NCBI GenBank assembly: GCA_050950285.1
Contig: JBMNHG010000010.1
Span: 1 to 56,671 of the forward strand
Source: Kiritimatiellia bacterium
GTDB lineage: Bacteria; Verrucomicrobiota; Kiritimatiellia; RFP12; JBMNHG01
Direction of reading: 5' to 3'
DNA length: 56,671 nt
Part shown: positions 52,908-56,671 of the stretch, piece after piece
How positions within the stretch are numbered: position 1 is the first letter of the stretch
How the letters are laid out: every line of letters starts with the position of its first letter
Made by a program: the position numbers and the translations under genes
The notes under the pieces: generated by a model
The model's database searches: none
What the model saw: the letters and a program-made list of their open reading frames with translations, nothing else
What the model was told of the DNA's origin: nothing

Positions 52908-53696
52908 CTAAACTTGCCTCGCAGGAGTGAAATTACGTTTTTGATCGATGACGATTCGCTGACTGCGGAAGACTGCGGAAACACCGATCAAAGAAAGCGC
53001 TGCCGCATCTGGCTCGTCCCGCTGAAGTTCTGCGTGAGCAAGCAACGATCGGCAGACGTCCAAAGTGATCGGAACATTCCAAATCGGCCATGTAAAGAAA
53101 GTGTCGTTACTTTTTCTGCCCTTGAAACCCGTCGTCTCGAGCGTGCGCGTTGTCGGCATCACCGGGAAAAGGGGAAGCGCCTCAATCGCCAGACGGTTGG
53201 CGCCGCGGACATTCGTTGCCTTTTCATCGCTTGGGGCTTTCCAACGCAGAGCGTAGCGGCGATCGTCGGCGGGGTCCCAACGCATGGAGAAATCAACATC
53301 AGCATAACGCCATGGGCCAAAAAGCGCTTCTCGCAACTGCTTGAGCGAAGTAAGCTTGCATATCTCATTCATGAACTTAAGAAAATGCTGGTGGCCGGAA
53401 CCGCTCATCGTACGCCATGCGGTATCAGAATTGATTGCAGGCTTGTATCGATCGGGAACTGAAGCGTCCCCCAATGCGGCAATGAATTCAAGATCCCAAG
53501 TCGAACCAGAAAACCATTTTTCACGAGCCGCTAAAACAGCCTCGCGAAACTTATCGACAGGCATCTGCGGGTTGTTGGCCATCGTAAGCGGCGGGGCGTC
53601 TTTGCGAGCTCTAAGAATCCGAGCAAGGGAAAGGATCGAGGGTTGCTTTTTTGTTTTGAGAACAGGCGTCCACTTGCCGCCATCTTGCATCCAAAA
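52908..53696 (-). CDS. Type I-G large-subunit-like protein (Cas8g2 / Cas3-extension family), 5'-truncated at the junction
   Basis: 'RWDPADDRRYALRW', 'GANRLAIEALPLFP', 'FTWPIW'; directly upstream of cas4-cas1. Confidence 0.7.
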   Translation of the reverse strand, partial: FWMQDGGKWTPVLKTKKQPSILSLARILRARKDAPPLTMANNPQMPVDKFREAVLAAREKWFSGSTWDLEFIAALGDASVPDRYKPAINSDTAWRTMSGSGHQHFLKFMNEICKLTSLKQLREALFGPWRYADVDFSMRWDPADDRRYALRWKAPSDEKATNVRGANRLAIEALPLFPVMPTTRTLETTGFKGRKSNDTFFTWPIWNVPITLDVCRSLLAHAELQRDEPDAAALSLIGVSAVFRSQRIVIDQKRNFTPARQV

Positions 53697-54716
53697 CAAG
53701 GAACTTTACAATATATCTTTGAGTTTCAATCTTTAGTTTGTGAGTTAACTGAAATGGATGCAAGTAATGCTTCAATGTATGATGGAGCAACTGCTACAGT
53801 TGAAGCTATTTTTATGGCTGTTGTTCACACTAAAAGAAATAAAGTTTTAATTGCAGATACTATTAATCCTAATACATTAGAGGTTATTAGGACTTATTTA
53901 AAATATAGAAACATTGAGATTGTTTTAGTTAAAAACAATAACTTTTTAGTATGCTTAAATGATTTAAAAGAAAAGTTAGATAGTGATGTAGCCGCTTTTG
54001 TGCTTCAAACTCCTAACTTTTTTGGTCTTTTAGAAGATGTTGAAGTAAGAGAATTATTAGATCAATATAAAAGTTTGTTTATTGTTAACTCGCCTCTAAA
54101 TAGTTTAAGTATTCTAAAATCTCCAGGTGAAATGAAGGCTGATATTGCCTGCGGAGAGGCTCAAAGTATGGGACTGTCACTTGCTTTTGGAGGGCCATAT
54201 TTGGGGTATTTAGCATGTAAATCTTACCTAGTAAGAAAACTACCTGGACGTATTGTAGGCCTAACAAATGACATCGAAGGACATCGTGCCTTTGTTTTAA
54301 CATTGCAGGCTCGTGAGCAACATATTAGGAGAGAAAAAGCTAGTTCTAATATTTGTTCTAATCAATCTTTGATGGCTTTACAAGTTTTATTATATGCGAT
54401 GTTAATGGGAAAAAATGGCTTAGTAAATTCTAATTTAGAATCTTTATCTAAAGCACATTATTTATATAATGAATTACTAAAGATAAAAGGATTTAAAAAG
54501 GTAACTAATCATGAATTCTTTAATGAGTTTGTTATTTATTATGATGGTGATATTGAAAAATTAAATAGCGAATTATTAAAAAATGATATCTTAGGTGGAC
54601 TAAATCTTTCTAAGGTTTCAAATGAATTAAAAAATCATTTGCTTCTTTGTGTAACTTATACTAAAACTAAAGAAGAATTAGATAACTTTTTAAAAGTTGT
54701 AAGAGGTATAAAATAA
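53697..54716 (+). CDS. gcvPA: Glycine dehydrogenase subunit 1, 5'-truncated; AT-rich foreign segment
   Basis: 'QGTLQYIFEFQ', 'NASMYDGAT', 'LQAREQHIRREKASSNICSNQ'. Confidence 0.92.
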   Translation, partial: QGTLQYIFEFQSLVCELTEMDASNASMYDGATATVEAIFMAVVHTKRNKVLIADTINPNTLEVIRTYLKYRNIEIVLVKNNNFLVCLNDLKEKLDSDVAAFVLQTPNFFGLLEDVEVRELLDQYKSLFIVNSPLNSLSILKSPGEMKADIACGEAQSMGLSLAFGGPYLGYLACKSYLVRKLPGRIVGLTNDIEGHRAFVLTLQAREQHIRREKASSNICSNQSLMALQVLLYAMLMGKNGLVNSNLESLSKAHYLYNELLKIKGFKKVTNHEFFNEFVIYYDGDIEKLNSELLKNDILGGLNLSKVSNELKNHLLLCVTYTKTKEELDNFLKVVRGIK

Positions 54717-55103
54717 TGTATGATAAATTAATATTTGAAATTAAAGATAAAGATATTTGCGAGAAAAGCAATTTTAGTGAAACTTATGAAATAGATAAGA
54801 AATATTTAAGAAACTTTTTAGATTTACCTAATTTAAGTGAAGTTGATGTTGTAAGGCATTACACTAATTTATCACTTAAAAATTATGGTGTTGATCAAGG
54901 ATTATATCCGCTTGGGTCTTGTACAATGAAATATAATCCTAAAATTAATGAAGTAGCAGCAAGCATGTCTAATTTTACTTGCCTTCATCCACTTCAACCT
55001 ACCTCAACTACTCAAGGCGCATTAAAAATATATTATGAAACTTCTAAGATGTTATCTAGTCTAACTGGAATGAGTGAATTTAGTTTTAATCCCTTCGCAG
55101 GAG
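54716..55103 (+). CDS. gcvPB: Glycine dehydrogenase subunit 2, 3'-truncated
   Basis: 'EVDVVRHYTNLS', 'YPLGSCTMKYNPK'; breaks at 'PFAG' before the expected AHGE. Confidence 0.9.
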
Positions 55104-55696
55104 TTCCTTGTGGATTAAAGCAGTAAAGCTCTCCGGGACCTTCGGTAGTTTCTCGAGTTCCAACCAACCATCGTTGATTCCCAATAGTCGATGTGAAAGG
55201 TTGCCAATTGAAGCGAAAAAGTGATACAACTCCAGTTTGAAAATCAAGATACCCTATATGAGAATCAGTTCTTAGTAAAGCACCCTTGTCTCCAGTTTTA
55301 CTTATAAACATCGGAAAGGGTAAGTTTTCTCCAATAGAGATGGTTTTGATTCCTTGAGAATGAACAATGTGGAGAACATTCGACTTTTCAAAAACGAAAA
55401 AGTTAAAGTTGCTGTGGAAACAAAGGTTAATCTTTTCTCGGGATCTGAAAGAAAAATTAGGGTATTTATCTATTTTTTTTTTCAGTAGTAAATATGCTTT
55501 CCCAATTATCAATATCAATCATTTTTAACTGAAATGATCCAATCTTTTCAAATAAAGGAAGTTTTACCCATTCAACATATTTCCCTGTTTGGAAGAGTGG
55601 TTGGTTATTATCTTTGGGATTCACCATTGCTAATTTACTCTCAAATAGCTCTTGTTTTTCTTCTTTTGGTTTTTTAAACCATTTGAAAAAAGCCAT
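55104..55696 (-). CDS. Hypothetical protein, AT-rich, frameshifted at a 10-T run (55473-55482), 3'-truncated
   Basis: AAAGGAGGT RBS before the ATG at 55696; ORFs 55466-55771 and 55033-55518 join across the homopolymer. Confidence 0.55.
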
Positions 55697-56021
55697 TGCA
55701 GGTTCGTTACCTCCTTTATGTTCTATTTTGGCGGAGAAGGGGTGATATGAGTGTGATAAGAATAAAACCATGATAATAAAATTTCGTCTTTTAATTTTTT
55801 AATTTCTAGATCTTAAGTCTCTTAAGACATGAATCTACTTTACTTAATAAAGTTTTTTACAAAATGATGACTTTGCTTAAATTGTACGTGAATTTGGATC
55901 TTTCCATCTGAAGAAAGCAAAAAAAATGGAAGGAAGAATGATTGGTAGTCTGGAATTGGCAAAGGCGTCCCCATCCTTTTTTTGTACTTTCACTCGAATA
56001 TTATATTAGATATTTTAGTAA

Positions 56022-56645
56022 TTGATCCTCATTACGGCGGCGGTCATCGTCAGTGGATGCACGTCGCCTGAGGCTGACGGAGACGCACAACCCCTCTCTC
56101 CCACCCCTGCACCTGAGGTGACAGAGGGAGAGGCGGTGGGAGGAAGTCTCCCGGCGCCCACACTGCCCGCACCCGCCCGGCAGGAGGCGGTGCCACCATA
56201 TAAGGTAGGGTTCGTCGACCCCGCGACCTACCATGTCCCGACCCCGACGCCCACGATCGCGCTCAGAAGACCGCCCGACGACGTCCGGGTCTCAGAGAGG
56301 ATGGTTGAGTATGCAACGGCAACCGTCGACCGCCCTCCCAGGGTTCTTGCCACCGAGGTCTACCATATTCCCTTCCCGTACTGGGACCTGACCGTGGAGA
56401 TGACGCCGACGAACGAATATCCCTGGTTCGTGATGGAGGTCCGGGACCCGGAGGACCCGAACCGGATCATCAAAACGATCCGGTACTCCCGGCACGATAT
56501 CCTCAGCGCCGGGGAAGACTCCGAAAAAAAGAAGGAGACGTTCACCATCAGGGAGGGGTATGGGGACTACTACTTCATCATCCGTTCGGAATCGCTCAAA
56601 TCCCTCACCATAATCATCGAGGTTCCGGAGAAGTACCTCGTCTAA
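56022..56645 (+). CDS. Secreted or lipid-anchored hypothetical protein, Methanomicrobiales-like style; start uncertain
   Basis: 'LITAAVIVSGCT' signal, Pro/Thr-rich linker, AGA/AGG-rich codon usage, pyrimidine-rich tail. Confidence 0.55.
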   Translation: MILITAAVIVSGCTSPEADGDAQPLSPTPAPEVTEGEAVGGSLPAPTLPAPARQEAVPPYKVGFVDPATYHVPTPTPTIALRRPPDDVRVSERMVEYATATVDRPPRVLATEVYHIPFPYWDLTVEMTPTNEYPWFVMEVRDPEDPNRIIKTIRYSRHDILSAGEDSEKKKETFTIREGYGDYYFIIRSESLKSLTIIIEVPEKYLV

Positions 56646-56671
56646 CCCTCCTCTCCCTCTTCTGCTCTCCG

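Noticed and set aside
53697..55103. Horizontal transfer of gcvPA/gcvPB into the cas operon
   Set aside because: Both genes are truncated exactly at the joins with no mobility signature; an artefact is more parsimonious

Overview
Most of the window (1 to ~53,696) is high-GC bacterial DNA. Gene content and intergenic repeat style suggest a PVC-superphylum anaerobe, possibly Kiritimatiellia; this is inference. In order it carries: (1) the 3' end of a WYL regulator and two nested, right-truncated IS4-family elements; (2) a minus-strand Rhs polymorphic-toxin locus with an accessory gene, one large membrane/TSP3-type Rhs with an Ntox23-like tip, two orphan Rhs modules (caspase/DUF4347-like and lipase-like tips) and four lipoprotein-like immunity candidates; (3) a housekeeping block (PBP, ilvE, recN, NCS2 permease, GH63-like, TPP riboswitch-thi4-thiE, superoxide reductase) containing two solitary genes flanked by attC-like hairpins; (4) two large secreted proteins, an AAA ATPase and an orphan XRE antitoxin; (5) a partial type I-G CRISPR-Cas locus whose trailer runs into a mosaic of CRISPR repeats and REP-like palindromes. 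The last ~3 kb look chimeric: AT-rich gcvPA/gcvPB, a Firmicute-like ORF and a Methanomicrobiales-like ORF, with two joins falling mid-gene. Many single-base frameshifts suggest low-coverage long-read sequence. All calls come from motif reading; no database searches were run.
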